From NCBI GenBank assembly GCA_964016885.1, contig OZ024765.1:21328001-21392000 (forward strand): a DNA stretch of 64,000 nucleotides, written 5' to 3'. Positions 1-14,413 of this stretch are shown here, piece by piece. Within the stretch, counting starts at the first letter, position 1, and each line of letters starts with the position of its first letter. The notes beneath the pieces were generated by a model, which saw only the letters and a program-made list of their open reading frames with translations, was not told where the DNA came from and searched no databases. Both the position numbers and the translations under genes were made by a program. This DNA comes from Eledone cirrhosa. Its lineage: Eukaryota.

Positions 1-3000
1 GTAATGAAAGGGTTAATGACATAGACAGTGTCTTACACTAGAAATATGGTAATGAAAGGGTTAAAGACATAGACAGTGTCTTACATTAGAAATATGGTAA
101 TGAAAGGGTTAATGACATAGACAGTGTCTTTCAGTAGAAATATGGTAATGAAAGGGTTAATGACATAGACAGTGTCTTTCATTAGAAATATGGTAATGGA
201 AGGGTTAATGACATAGACAGTGTCTTTCATTAGAAATATGGTAATGAAAGGGTTAATGACATAGACAGTGTCTTTCATTAGAAATATGGTAATGGAAGGG
301 TTAATGACATAGACAGTGTCTTTCATTAGTAATATGGTAATGGAAGGGTTAATGACATAGACAGTGTCTTTCATTAGAAATATGGTAATGGAAGGGTTAA
401 TGACATAGACAATGTCTTTCATTAGAAATAAGGTAATGAAAGGGTTAATGACATAGACAGTGTCTTTCATTAGAAATAAGGTAATGGAAGGGTTAATGAC
501 ATAGACAGTGTCTTTCATTAGAAATATGATAATGAAAGGGTTAATGACATAGACAGTGCCTTTCATTAGAAATATGGTAATGAAAGGGTTAATGACAGAC
601 AGTGTCTTTCATTAGAAATATGGTAATGAAAGGGTTAATGACAGACAGCGTCTTTCATTAGAAATATGGTAATGAAAGGGTTAATGACATAGACAGTGTC
701 TTTCATTAGAAATATGATAATGGAAGGGTTAAAGACATAGACAGTGTCTTTCATTAGAAATATAGTAATGAAAGGGTTAATGACATAGACAATGTCTTTC
801 ATTAGAAATATGGTAATGAAAGGGTTAATGACATAGACAGTGTCTTTCATTAGAAATATGGTAATGGAAGGGATAATGATATAGACAGTGTCTTTCATTA
901 GAAATATGGTAATGAAAGGGTTAATGACATAGACAGTGTCTTTCATTAGAAATATGGTAATGAAAGGGTTAATGACATAGACAGTGTCTTTCATTAGAAA
1001 TATGGTAATGAAAGGGTTAATGACATAGACAGTGTCTTCCATTAGAAATATGGTAATGAAAGGGTTAATGACATAGACAGTGTCTTTCATTAGAAATATG
1101 GTAATGAAAGGGTTAATGACATAGACAGTGTCTTTCATTAGAAATATGGTAATGAAAGGGTTAATGACATAGACAGTCTCTTTCATTAGAAATATGGTAA
1201 TGAAAGGGTTAAAGACATAGACAGTGTCTTTCATTAGAAATATGGTAATGAAACGGTTAATGACATAGACAATGTCTTTCATTAGAAATATGGTAATGAA
1301 AGGGTTAATGACATAGACAGTGTCTTTCATTAGAAATATGGTAATGAAAGGGTTAATGACATAGACAGTGTCTTTCATTAGAAATATGGTAATGAAAGGG
1401 TTAATGACATAGACAGTGTCTTACATTAGAAATATGGTAATGAAAGGGTTAAAGACATAGACAGTGTCTTACATTAGAAATATGGTAATGAAAGGGTTAA
1501 AGACATAGACAGTGTCTTTCATTAGAAATATGGTAATGAAAGGGTTAATGACATAGACAGTGTCTTTCATTAGAAATATGTTAATGGAAGGGTTAATGAC
1601 ATAGACAGTGTCTTTCATTAGAAATATGGTAATGGAAGGGATAATGATATAGACAGTGTCTTTCATTAGAAATATGGTAATGGAAGGGTTAATGACATAG
1701 ACAGTGTCTTTCATTAGAAATATGGTAATGAAAGGGTTAATGACATAGACAGTGTCTTTCATTAGAAATATGGTAATGGAAGGGTTAATGACATAGACAG
1801 TGTCTTTCATTAGAAATATGGTAATGGAAGGGTTAATGACATAGACAGTGTCTTACATTAGAAATATGGTAATGAAAGGGTTAATGACATAGACAGTGTC
1901 TTACATTAGAAATATGGTAATGAAACGGTTAATGACATAGACAGTGTCTTACACTAGAAATATGGTAATGAAAGGGTTAAAGACATAGACAGTGTCTTAC
2001 ATTAGAAATATGGTAATGAAAGGGTTAATGACATAGACAGTGTCTTTCATTAGAAATATGGTAATGAAAGGGTTAATGACATAGACAGTGTCTTTCATTA
2101 GAAATATGGTAATGAAAGGGTTAATGACATAGACAGTGTCTTTCATTAGAAATATGGTAATGGTAGGGTTAATGACATAGACAGTTTCTTTCATTAGAAA
2201 TATGTTAATGGAAGGGTTAATGATATAGACAGTGTCTTTCATTAGAAATATGGTAATGGAAGGGTTAATGACATAGACAGTGTCTTTCATTAGAAATATG
2301 GTAATGAAAGGGTTAATGACATAGACAGTGTCTTTCATTAGAAATATGGTAATGGAAGGGTTAATGACATAGACAGTGTCTTTCATTAGAAATATGGTAA
2401 TGGAAGGGTTAATGACATAGACAGTGTCTTTCATTAGAAATATAGTAATGGAAGGGTTAATGACATAGACAGTGTCTTTCATTAGAAATATGGTAATGAA
2501 AGGGTTAATGACATAGACAGTGTCTTACATTAGAAATATGGTAATGAAAGGGTTAATGACATAGACAGTGTCTTACATTAGAAATATGGTAATGAAAGGG
2601 TTAAAGACATAGACAGTGTCTTTCATTAGAAATATGGTAATGAAAGGGTTAATGACATAGACAGTGTCTTTCATTAGAAATATGTTAATGGAAGGGTTAA
2701 TGACATAGACAGTGTCTTTCATTAGAAATATGGTAATGGAAGGGATAATGATATAGACAGTGTCTTTCATTAGAAATATGGTAATGGAAGGGTTAATGAC
2801 ATAGACAGTGTCTTTCATTAGAAATATGGTAATGAAAGGGTTAATGACATAGACAGTGTCTTTCATTAGAAATATGGTAATGGAAGGGTTAATGACATAG
2901 ACAGTGTCTTTCATTAGAAATATGGTAATGGAAGGGTTAATGACATAGACAGTGTCTTACATTAGAAATATGGTAATGAAAGGGTTAAAGACATAGACAG

Positions 3001-6000
3001 TGTCTTACATTAGAAATATGGTAATGAAACGGTTAATGACATAGACAGTGTCTTTCATTAGAAATATGGTAATGAAAGGGTTAATGACATAGACAGTGTC
3101 TTACATTAGAAATATGGTAATGAAAGGGTTAATGACATAGACAGTGTCTTTCAGTAGAAATATGGTAATGAAAGGGTTAATGACATAGACAGTGTCTTTC
3201 ATTAGAAATATGGTAATGGAAGGGTTAATGACATAGACAGTGTCTTTCATTAGAAATATGGTAATGAAAGGGTTAATGACATAGACAGTGTCTTTCATTA
3301 GAAATATGGTAATGGAAGGGTTAATGACATAGACAGTGTCTTTCATTAGTAATATGGTAATGGAAGGGTTAATGACATAGACAGTGTCTTTCATTAGAAA
3401 TATGGTAATGGAAGGGTTAATGACATAGACAATGTCTTTCATTAGAAATAAGGTAATGAAAGGGTTAATGACATAGACAGTGTCTTTCATTAGAAATAAG
3501 GTAATGGAAGGGTTAATGACATAGACAGTGTCTTTCATTAGAAATATGATAATGAAAGGGTTAATGACATAGACAGTGCCTTTCATTAGAAATATGGTAA
3601 TGAAAGGGTTAATGACAGACAGTGTCTTTCATTAGAAATATGGTAATGAAAGGGTTAATGACAGACAGCGTCTTTCATTAGAAATATGGTAATGAAAGGG
3701 TTAATGACATAGACAGTGTCTTTCATTAGAAATATGATAATGGAAGGGTTAAAGACATAGACAGTGTCTTTCATTAGAAATATAGTAATGAAAGGGTTAA
3801 TGACATAGACAATGTCTTTCATTAGAAATATGGTAATGAAAGGGTTAATGACATAGACAGTGTCTTTCATTAGAAATATGGTAATGAAAGGGTTAATGAC
3901 ATAGACAGTGTCTTTCATTAGAAATATGGTAATGAAAGGGTTAATGACATAGACAGTGTCTTTCATTAGAAATATGGTAATGAAAGGGTTAATGACATAG
4001 ACAGTGTCTTAAACTAGAAATATGGTAATGAAAGGGTTAATGACATAGACAGTGTCTTACATTAGAAATATGGTAATGAAAGGGTTAAAGACATAGACAG
4101 TGTCCTACATTAGAAATATGGTAATGAAACGGTTAATGACATAGACAGTGTCTTTCATTAGAAATATGGTACTGAAAGGGTTAATGACATAGACAGTGTC
4201 TTACATTAGAAATATGGTAATGAAAGGGTTAAAGACATAGACAGTGTCTTACATTAGAAATATGGTAATGAAAGGGTTAATGACATAGACAGTGTCTTTC
4301 ATTAGAAATATGGTAATGAAAGGGTTAATGACATAGACAGTGTCTTAAACTAGAAATATGGTAATGAAAGGGTTAATGACATAGACAGTGTCTTACATTA
4401 GAAATATGGTAATGAAAGGGTTAAAGACATAGACAGTGTCCTACATTAGAAATATGGTAATGAAACGGTTAATGACATAGACAGTGTCTTTCATTAGAAA
4501 TATGGTAATGAAAGGGTTAATGACATAGACAGTGTCTTACATTAGAAATATGGTAATGAAAGGGTTAAAGACATAGACAGTGTCTTACATTAGAAATATG
4601 GTAATGAAAGGGTTAATGACATAGACAGTGTCTTTCATTAGAAATATGGTAATGAAAGGGTTAATGACATAGACAGTGTCTTTCATTAGAAATATGGTAA
4701 TGAAAGGGTTAATGACATAGACAGTGTCTTACATTAGAAATATTGTAATGAAACGGTTAATGACATAGACAGTGTCTTACACTAGAAATATGGTAATGAA
4801 AGGGTTAAAGACATAGACAGTGTCTTACATTAGAAATATGGTAATGAAAGGGTTAATGACATAGACAGTGTCTTTCATTAGAAATATGGTAATGAAAGGG
4901 TTAATGACATAGACAGTGTCTTTCATTAGAAATATGGTAATGAAAGGGTTAATGACATAGACAGTGTCTTTCATTAGAAATATGGTAATGGAAGGGTTAA
5001 TGACATAGACAGTTTCTTTCATTAGAAATATGTTAATGGAAGGGTTAATGATATAGACAGTGTCTTTCATTAGAAATATGGTAATGGAAGGGTTAATGAC
5101 ATAGACAGTGTCTTTCATTAGAAATATGGTAATGAAAGGGTTAATGACATAGACAGTGTCTTTCATTAGAAATATGGTAATGGAAGGGTTAATGACATAG
5201 ACAGTGTCTTTCATTAGAAATATGGTAATGGAAGGGTTAATGCCATAGACAGTGTCTTTCATTAGAAATATGGTAATGGAAGGGTTAATGACATAGACAG
5301 TGTCTTTCATTAGAAATATAGTAATGGAAGGGTTAATGACATAGACAGTGTCTTTCATTAGAAATATGGTAATGAAAGGGTTAATGACATTGACAGTGTC
5401 TTACATTAGAAATATGGTAATGAAAGGGTTAATGACATAGACAGTGTCTTACATTAGAAATATGGTAATGAAACGGTTAATGACATAGACAGTGTCTTTC
5501 ATTAGAAATATGGTAATGAAAGGGTTAATGACATAGACAGTGTCTTTCATTAGAAATATGGTAATGAAAGGGTTAATGACATAGACAGTGTCTTACATTA
5601 GAAATATGGTAATCAAAGGGTTAAAGACATAGACAGTGTCTTACATTAGAAATATGGTAATGAAACGGTTAATGACATAGATACTATGTTTCATTAGAAA
5701 TATGGTAATGAAAGGGTTAAAGACATAGACAGTGTCTTTCATTAGAAATATGGTAATGAAAGGGTTAATGACAGACAGTGTCTTTCATTAGAAATATGAT
5801 AATGAAAGGGTTAATGACATAGACAGTGTCTTTCATTAGAAATATGATAATGGAAGGGTTAAAGACATAGACAGTGTCTTTCATTAGAAATATGATGATG
5901 AAAGGATTAATGACATAGACAGTGTCTTTCATTAGAAATATGGTAATGAAAGGGTTAATGACATAGACAGTTTCTTTCATTAGAAATATGGTAATGAAAG

Positions 6001-6246
6001 GGTTAATGATATAGACAGTATCTTTCATTAGAAATATAGTAATAAAAGGGTTAAAGACATAGACAGTGTCTTTCATTAGAAATATGGTAATGAAAGGGTT
6101 AATGACATAGACAGTGTCTTTCATTAGAAATATGGTAATGAAAGGGTTAATGACATAGACAGTGTCTTTCATTAGAAATATAGTAATGAAAGGGTTAAAG
6201 ACATAGACAGTATCTTTCGTTAGAAATATAGTAATGAAAGGGTTAA
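1..6246. repeat. 48-bp minisatellite (~130 units; begins before the window)
   Basis: Unit GTAATGAAAGGGTTAATGACATAGACAGTGTCTTTCATTAGAAATATG repeats with period 48, with point variants and a few 46-bp units. Confidence 0.98.
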
Positions 6247-6663
6247 AGTATTTACATTTATCTAAAAACATTCTATCATAATTTCATGCAAGAACTTCGT
6301 TAAATTATATTTCCCAAACCAACTTAATAACCAGACAGTTACGTATAATATTAAATTTCTTCCAATTCTGGAAATAATTTTCAAAATGATATGAAAAATT
6401 ATTGGCAACGTAGTTTACAAAAAACATCTGCTATAAAGCAGTTAAAAGCTCTTTCCATTGGTTCCTCCAATTTTAATATATTTCAGTAATCTATAAGCTG
6501 CTAGAAGAAGGCGTAGTATCCAGTTTTTATCTGAAGATGCTAATTTTTGTTTTATCAGGGTTTTTTTCCGAGTTTTTTTCTACGCATAAAACAAAACACA
6601 GTCTATGTCATATGCTGCGGGGTGGAGACGAGTGTATATATGTGTATATATATATATATATAT

Positions 6664-7181
6664 GTCAACATCATTGGATACCATCAGGGTTGCAGGTGTT
6701 ATATCAGAGTTTTCCTTCTCCTAGAATTCTGCCTTGACAAAGGCTAAGGGGTCATCTCTCCCGGTGATTTTGGATGGCCATTGACTCTTAAGAGCTCCTT
6801 TGCCCTTTGACAGGTTTGTTTTTAGTCCTGCAGGATGTCCAAAGTCACCCTCCTCACCAAGAAACCTTGACTTGTTCTTCTTTTTGGTAAATATCATCTT
6901 GGTTAAGAGAGTGGGACTGGCTTTGTGCAGTGCTTTTGCTCACTATAAAAGCTTCACGGCACAGGCATTGCTTTATATCTGGAGATCTCCCTGCACTTGT
7001 CGTCACATGGTACCATGGGCCCAGCACTATGTGTCAATAATTGTCACAGGTGTAGTGTTTGTACCAGAGTTTTCAAGTCGCTGACTGGACAAAAAAGTCA
7101 CACTGGTTCAGTGCATTGGTAGGGGTTCTCCTACATGGATATAAAGTAGTGGCCGTACTCGAAAACGAGTTGGCAGCCACC
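6664..7181 (+). mobile_element. Retroposed fragment (RTE-like 5' region with C2H2-finger remnant), 5' part inverted
   Basis: 6664-6869 is the reverse complement of 60764-60970; 6870-7181 is colinear with ~60970-61278; ends GGCAGCCACC then (AT)n. Confidence 0.75.
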
Positions 7182-7374
7182 ATATATATATATATATATA
7201 TATAATTATGTCTCATATAAAATAATACAACTGGCTATCCGCAAAATACATATAGTTAGCACCCCAAGCGTAAAATTGGGATTATACTAAGGTATATCCT
7301 AATGTTTGTTGAGTGAGATGGAAGCCAGTCAGAGTATTGCTTAAAGCTTTCCCTGTTAATGTATTAAATATATA

Positions 7375-7405
<31 letters not shown>

Positions 7406-7455
7406 GTATATAAGAATAATACATATATATATACATATATATGTATACATATATA

Positions 7456-7492
<37 letters not shown>

Positions 7493-7700
7493 ACATATAT
7501 ATATTTATATATATATATATATATGTATGTATATAATATATATACATATATTTATATATATATATATAATATATACATAATATATATCCATATATATATA
7601 TATATGTATATATATATATGTATATATATATATATTAATGTCTATACTGAAGACTTATCAATATCCAACTAGAACCAAACACACAAACTTATATATATAT

Positions 7701-9085
<1,385 letters not shown>

Positions 9086-9152
9086 ATAATAAACGTCCGC
9101 TAAACTGATACGTACATGTATGTATGTATGCCTGTATGTGTGTATGTGTATA

Positions 9153-9195
<43 letters not shown>

Positions 9196-9462
9196 GTGCA
9201 TGCTACTGTACGTCTGTATACATATATATATGTACGTATACATACATACTTACATTTAAGTAAGTGCCGTACTAAGAGTGAGAAATGAAATTTCGTTTTC
9301 ATTCTATTACAACTTATATATACATGTATATATATATACATATACATATACATATATATATATATACATATACATATACATATATATACATATACATATA
9401 TATATACATATATATATACATACATATACATACATATACATATATATACATATATATACACA

Positions 9463-9494
<32 letters not shown>

Positions 9495-9736
9495 CATATA
9501 TATATATATACATACATATACATATATATACATATACATATATATACATACATATACATATATATACATATACATATATATACATACATATACATATATA
9601 TACATATATATATACATACATATACATATATATATATATATGTACATATAGATATACGTATATATATATATATATACACATATATATATATGTACATATA
9701 TAAATATATATATATACATATATATACGTATATATA

Positions 9737-10488
9737 TGGTCCATCTGGTTCCTTCGTTATATATCTAGGGCGGGTAAAATTCCCGAGATCCATGGACGAG
9801 TTCTCTCCAGCGGTCTCTGTCCCTCATTATCACTGCCATGTCCTGCGTCTCCAACAGACCAGTGTCTGTCCTTAGGGCATCAACATACGTTAACCTCGGT
9901 CTTCCTCTTCTAGTGTGTCCATGTAGGGGCTCCCAAAGGAGCACTGAGTGCAATGTCAACTCTGGATGTCGGTGAGCATGTCCAGCCAACCTCAGTCTCC
10001 TCTGTGTCACTTTTGAGCTGACTTTTGGGATGCTCCCATACAGCTCTGAGTTTTTCATCCTCAGTGTACACTGATTAATGTTCAGAGCCATCCTCAGCAT
10101 TCTCGTGTAGCACCCATCCACCATCTGAGTGAGTTTCTTGGCCAGTGTTCAAGTCTCAGACCCGTATAGCAGCACAGACTCCACTACAGCAATGAAGAGG
10201 CGGATTTTCAGGTCTTTACGAAGGTCTTACAGGGAGATACATTGGCTCCCTACCTTTTTATCATCGTAGTGGACTATTGTATGCGCCTTGCACTGGAGAA
10301 ACACCAGGGCTGTGGCTTTACTGTAGCACCGGCTCAGAGCAGGAGAGTTACGGAGAAAAAGGTATCAGATGCTGAATTTGCCGACGACATAGTTTTGGTG
10401 ACAAATACAGTGATGGAGGCAGAGGATTTGATGTGGGAGGCTGAGACTGTGTCGATGAGTGTGGGGCTGAGAATGAATGAGTCTAAAA
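9737..10488 (-). mobile_element. RTE/RTEX-like LINE 3' fragment with inverted 5' RT segment
   Basis: 9765-10226 (-) matches 11395-11857; 10229-10488 (+) matches 12041-12300 in the opposite orientation and includes the EFADD motif. Confidence 0.9.
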
Positions 10489-10521
10489 CGTATATAAATA
10501 TATATACATATATATATATTA

Positions 10522-11015
10522 AAAACCTACTACAGTCAGTAGGCATCTCTATCAAAACACCCCCCGTCCCACCACCTCCACCCCATCCACACCGCCCCTT
10601 TCAATGTAAAGTTATGTTGGTCCCACACCATCCAGGCCGAAACAAATGAGATTGTGTAGGTGTCACGACAAAAAAACACACAGTCCACGCTGTAAATGTG
10701 GCCGTGTAGGCAACACGGTAAAAACCTCCCAGCCCCACACTGTAAATGTGGTTGGTGTTAGGAAGGGCATCCAGCTGTAGAAAACCCGCCAGACAGTCCA
10801 CGCTGTAATGTGGCCGTGTAGGCAACACGGTAAAAACCTCCCAGCCCCACACTGTAAATGTGGTTGGTGTTAGGAAGGGCATCCAACTGTAGAAAACCCG
10901 CCAGACAGTCCTATGCGAGCAAGACAACCACTCTTGCCTCAAGTGGGAAAACCCCCGTCCAAACCCATGCAAGCGTGGAACACGGACGCTAAACCTGATG
11001 ATGATGATGATGATG
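10522..11015 (+). mobile_element. RTE LINE 3' UTR and tail
   Basis: Near-identical to 20967-21350 (-); ends GGAACACGGACGCTAAACC(TGA)n; internal ~120-bp duplication containing GTTAGGAAGGGCATCCA. Confidence 0.85.
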
Positions 11016-11057
11016 ATATATGTATGTATGTATATATATATAAATATATATAAATAT

Positions 11058-11270
11058 GGTGGCTGCCAACTCGTTTTCGAGTACGGCCACTACTTTATAT
11101 CCATGTAGGAGAACCCCTACCGATGCGCTGAACGAGTGTGACTTCTTAGTCCAGCCAGCGACTTGAAAACTCTGGTACAAACACTACACTTGTGACAATT
11201 ATTGACACAGTGCTGGGCCCATGGTACCATGTGACGACAAGTGCAGAGAGATCTACAGATATAAAGCAAT
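11058..11270 (-). mobile_element. Short copy of the C2H2-finger-bearing retro-fragment
   Basis: Translates to [25 protein letters not shown] (C-x2-C-x12-H-x4-H); same GCAGCCACC(AT)n end as the copies at 7181 and 61278. Confidence 0.75.
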
Positions 11271-11394
11271 ATATACATATATATATATATATCTCCAGAT
11301 ATAAAGCAATATATATATATATATATACATATACACACATATATATACATATATATATATATCTCCAGATATAAAGCAATATATATATATATAT

Positions 11395-12680
11395 CTAAGG
11401 CGGGTAAAATTCCCGAGATCCATGGACGAGTTCTCTCCAGCGGTCTCTGTCCCTCATTATCGCTGCCATATCCTGCATCTCCAACAGACCAGTGTCTGTC
11501 CTTAGGGCATCAACATATGTTAACCTTGGTCTTCCTCTTCTAGTGTGTCCATGTAGGGGCTCCCAAAGGAGCACTGAGTGCAATGTCAACTCTGGATGTC
11601 GGTGAGCATGTTCAGCCAACCTCAGTCTCCTCTGTGTCACTTTTGAGCTGACTTTTGGGATGCTCCCATACAGCTCTGAGTTTTTCATCCTCAGTGTATA
11701 CTGATTAATGTTCAGAGCCATCCTCAGCATTCTCGTGTAGCACCCATCCACCATCTGAGTGAGTCTTTTGGTCAGTGTCCAAGTCTCAGACCCATACAGC
11801 AGCACAGACTCCACTACAGCAATGAAGAGGCGGATTTTCAGGTCTCTACGAAGGTCCGACTTCCACACCGATCTCAAGCTGTGACACGCCGCCCAGGCCT
11901 TGCTCTTCCTCCCAACCACATCATCTTCCGTATTCCCAATCTTTGCTCCCAAATACAGGAAGTCCTCAACCAATTCCAGCGGCTTCCCGCCTACATTAGT
12001 GATCCCCTCTGGCTTCTCAACATTCTCTACCAGGTATTTTGTTTTAGTCTCATTCATTCTCAGCCCCACACTCATCGACACAGTCTCAACCTCCCGCATC
12101 AAATCCTCTGCCTCCTTCACTGTATTTGTCACCAAAACTATGTCGTCGGCAAATTCAGCATCCGATACCTTTTTCGCCCCAACTCTCCTGCTCTGAGCCG
12201 GTGCTACAGTAAAGCCAGTGTCCTGGTATTTCTCCAGTGCAAGGCGCATACAATAGTCCACTACGATGATAAAAAGGTAGGGAGCCAATGTATCTCCCTG
12301 GAGCACTCCAGCCAGTATCTCAAAGAACTCTGTCATCCCATCAGGTGTAATGACTTGGGCTTTGGTGTTGGTGTAGAGCAGTGATATCAGGTCCACTATC
12401 CTCTTGGGGATTCCATAAGCCTGTAAGATCTTCATCAGGCAGTAACGGTCCACAGAATCAAAGGCCTTCCTAAAGTCAATGAAAACCATGACCGCAGGAA
12501 GGCACTTTGCTCTAGCTCCCTCTAATATCCTCCTCAGCATCAGGATGTGACTGGTGGTTGATCTACCCTCTCTGAAGCCGTTCTGGTTGTCCCTGAGCTT
12601 CTTCTCCATCTCAGGCTGGATCCTGTTAAGAATCATTTTGTTGAGGGTCTTTGCCACAAGTGACATCAGTGAGATCCCCA
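11395..12680 (-). mobile_element. 5'-truncated RTE/RTEX-like LINE with an open reverse transcriptase and C-terminal frame
   Basis: ORF contains GISLMS, QNGFR, FIDFRKAFDSV, GVLQGDTLAP, EFADD, FLYLG, LLYGSETW and GRPR; stop codon is followed directly by (AT)n. Confidence 0.95.
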
Positions 12681-13074
12681 GTGAGATACATATATATATA
12701 TCTCCAGATATAAAGCAATATATATATATATATACATATACACACATAAATATACATATATATATATATATCTCCAGATATAAAGCAATATATATATATA
12801 TATACATTTATATATATATATATACACATATACATACATATATATATATACATACATACATATATATATATACATACATACATATATATATATACATACA
12901 TACATATATATATATACATACATATATGTATATATATATATATACATATATGTATATATACATACATATATGTATATATACATACATATATGTATATATA
13001 CATACATATATGTATATATATATACATATTTGTATATATATATACATATTTGTATATATATATACACACACACA

Positions 13075-13121
<47 letters not shown>

Positions 13122-13203
13122 TATCTCACAGTAAACCTTACAACCACTAAACTATTGAATTCAATAATTCCTAAAATTTGATAATTTCTGTACAGCTTAG
13201 AAA

Positions 13204-13221
13204 TTGCTGTTGTTGTTACTT

Positions 13222-13256
<35 letters not shown>

Positions 13257-13810
13257 ACTGTTGTTGTTGCTGTTGTTGTTGTTGTTATTGCTGCTGTTGT
13301 TGTTGTTGTTGTTGTTGTTACTGTTGTTGTTGCTGTTGTTGTTGTTGTTATTGCTGCTGTTGTTGTTAATGTTGTTGTTACTGTTGTTGTTGTTGTTGTT
13401 ATTGCTGCTGTTGTTACTGTTGTTGTTGTTATTATTACTGTTGTTGTTGTTATTATTGTTGTTGTTGTTACTGTTGTTGTTGCTGTTATTACTGTTGTTG
13501 TTGTTGTCGTTGTTACTGTTGTTGTTGTTGTTATTACTGTTGTTGTTGTTGTTACTGTTGTTGTTGTTGTTGTTACTGTTGTTGTTACTGTTGTTGTTGT
13601 TACTGTTGTTGTTGTTGTTACTGTTGTTGTTACTGTTGTTGTTGTTACTGTTGTTGTTGTTACTGTTGTTGTTACTGTTGTTGTTGTTACAGTTGTTGTT
13701 GTTGCTGTTGTTGTTGTTGCTGCTGCTGCTGCTGTTGCCGTTGTACGAACTCATGTATCGCTGATGCTGCCACTACTACCACCACCACTACTACTACTAT
13801 TACTACCAGC
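13204..13810. repeat. (GTT/GCT)n trinucleotide microsatellite
   Basis: Direct reading; source of the poly-L, poly-N, poly-C and poly-Q ORFs. Confidence 0.97.
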
Positions 13811-14048
13811 CCTCCACTACTACTATTACTCCCAAGGCCCCTAACACCACTGCCCCCATATATATCACTGCTGTAATTATATACCTGTCTAACGAGAGTA
13901 ATTAGAGACATTGTTCCGCTGTTTCTAATAATCAATAAAATGAATGTGACACACATTCTGCATTTAACAAACACCCGACTCCTGACGTCCTGTTCCACAT
14001 GAAGCCGCATCAATTGGTGTATTAACATCCCCTTCCACATGAAAACGC

Positions 14049-14140
14049 ATTCACATAGCTCAGTTGGTAGAACATCACACTTTTATGAGTCAATCTGTGA
14101 AGGTATCTGAGGGTCACAGGCTCAAGTCCCTCTGTGGGCA
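14049..14140 (+). pseudogene. Intron-containing tRNA-Lys(UUU) pseudogene
   Basis: TAGCTCAGTTGGTAGAACATCACAC-TTTTA-[19 nt]-ATCTGAGGGTC..CTCAAGTCCC..GGGCA follows the eukaryotic tRNA-Lys-TTT layout. The insert 14086-14104 is at position 37/38, a T7 run lies at 14147-14153, and several stems have mismatches. Confidence 0.8.
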
Positions 14141-14156
14141 AAGCAGTTTTTTTCAG

Positions 14157-14350
14157 GGTGGTGGACGGGCAGTGTCAGTAGAGGGTCTGACGCCGTGCCT
14201 TGCAAGCAAAGGGTTACGGCCCTTTGCGGTCTGAGTTCAAATCCTGCCGAGGTTAACTTTTCCTTTCATACTTACAGGGTTGATGAATAAAGTACCAGTA
14301 ATGTACTGGAATAATTGCTGGCTTTGTGCTAAACGTAGAAACATTTATTA
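14157..14350 (+). mobile_element. tRNA-derived SINE (family 1)
   Basis: B-box GAGTTCAAATCC, core GAGGTTAACTTT.CCTTTCAT..AAAGTACCAGT and an ATTA tail; homologues at 34352, 34580, 40261 and 46101. Confidence 0.85.
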
Positions 14351-14413
14351 AGGGTATTAACGCCCTGTTCGCCTGAATGTCACATCATTTGGAGAAGTAA
14401 CATCCTTTTCCAC

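Noticed and set aside
81-6271. ORFs of repeated MKDTVYVINPFITIFL
   Set aside because: Consequence of a 48-bp (16-codon) unit; broken at random by TAA variants and 2-bp deletions.
13178-14040. Poly-L/N/C/Q ORFs
   Set aside because: Trinucleotide microsatellite translations.
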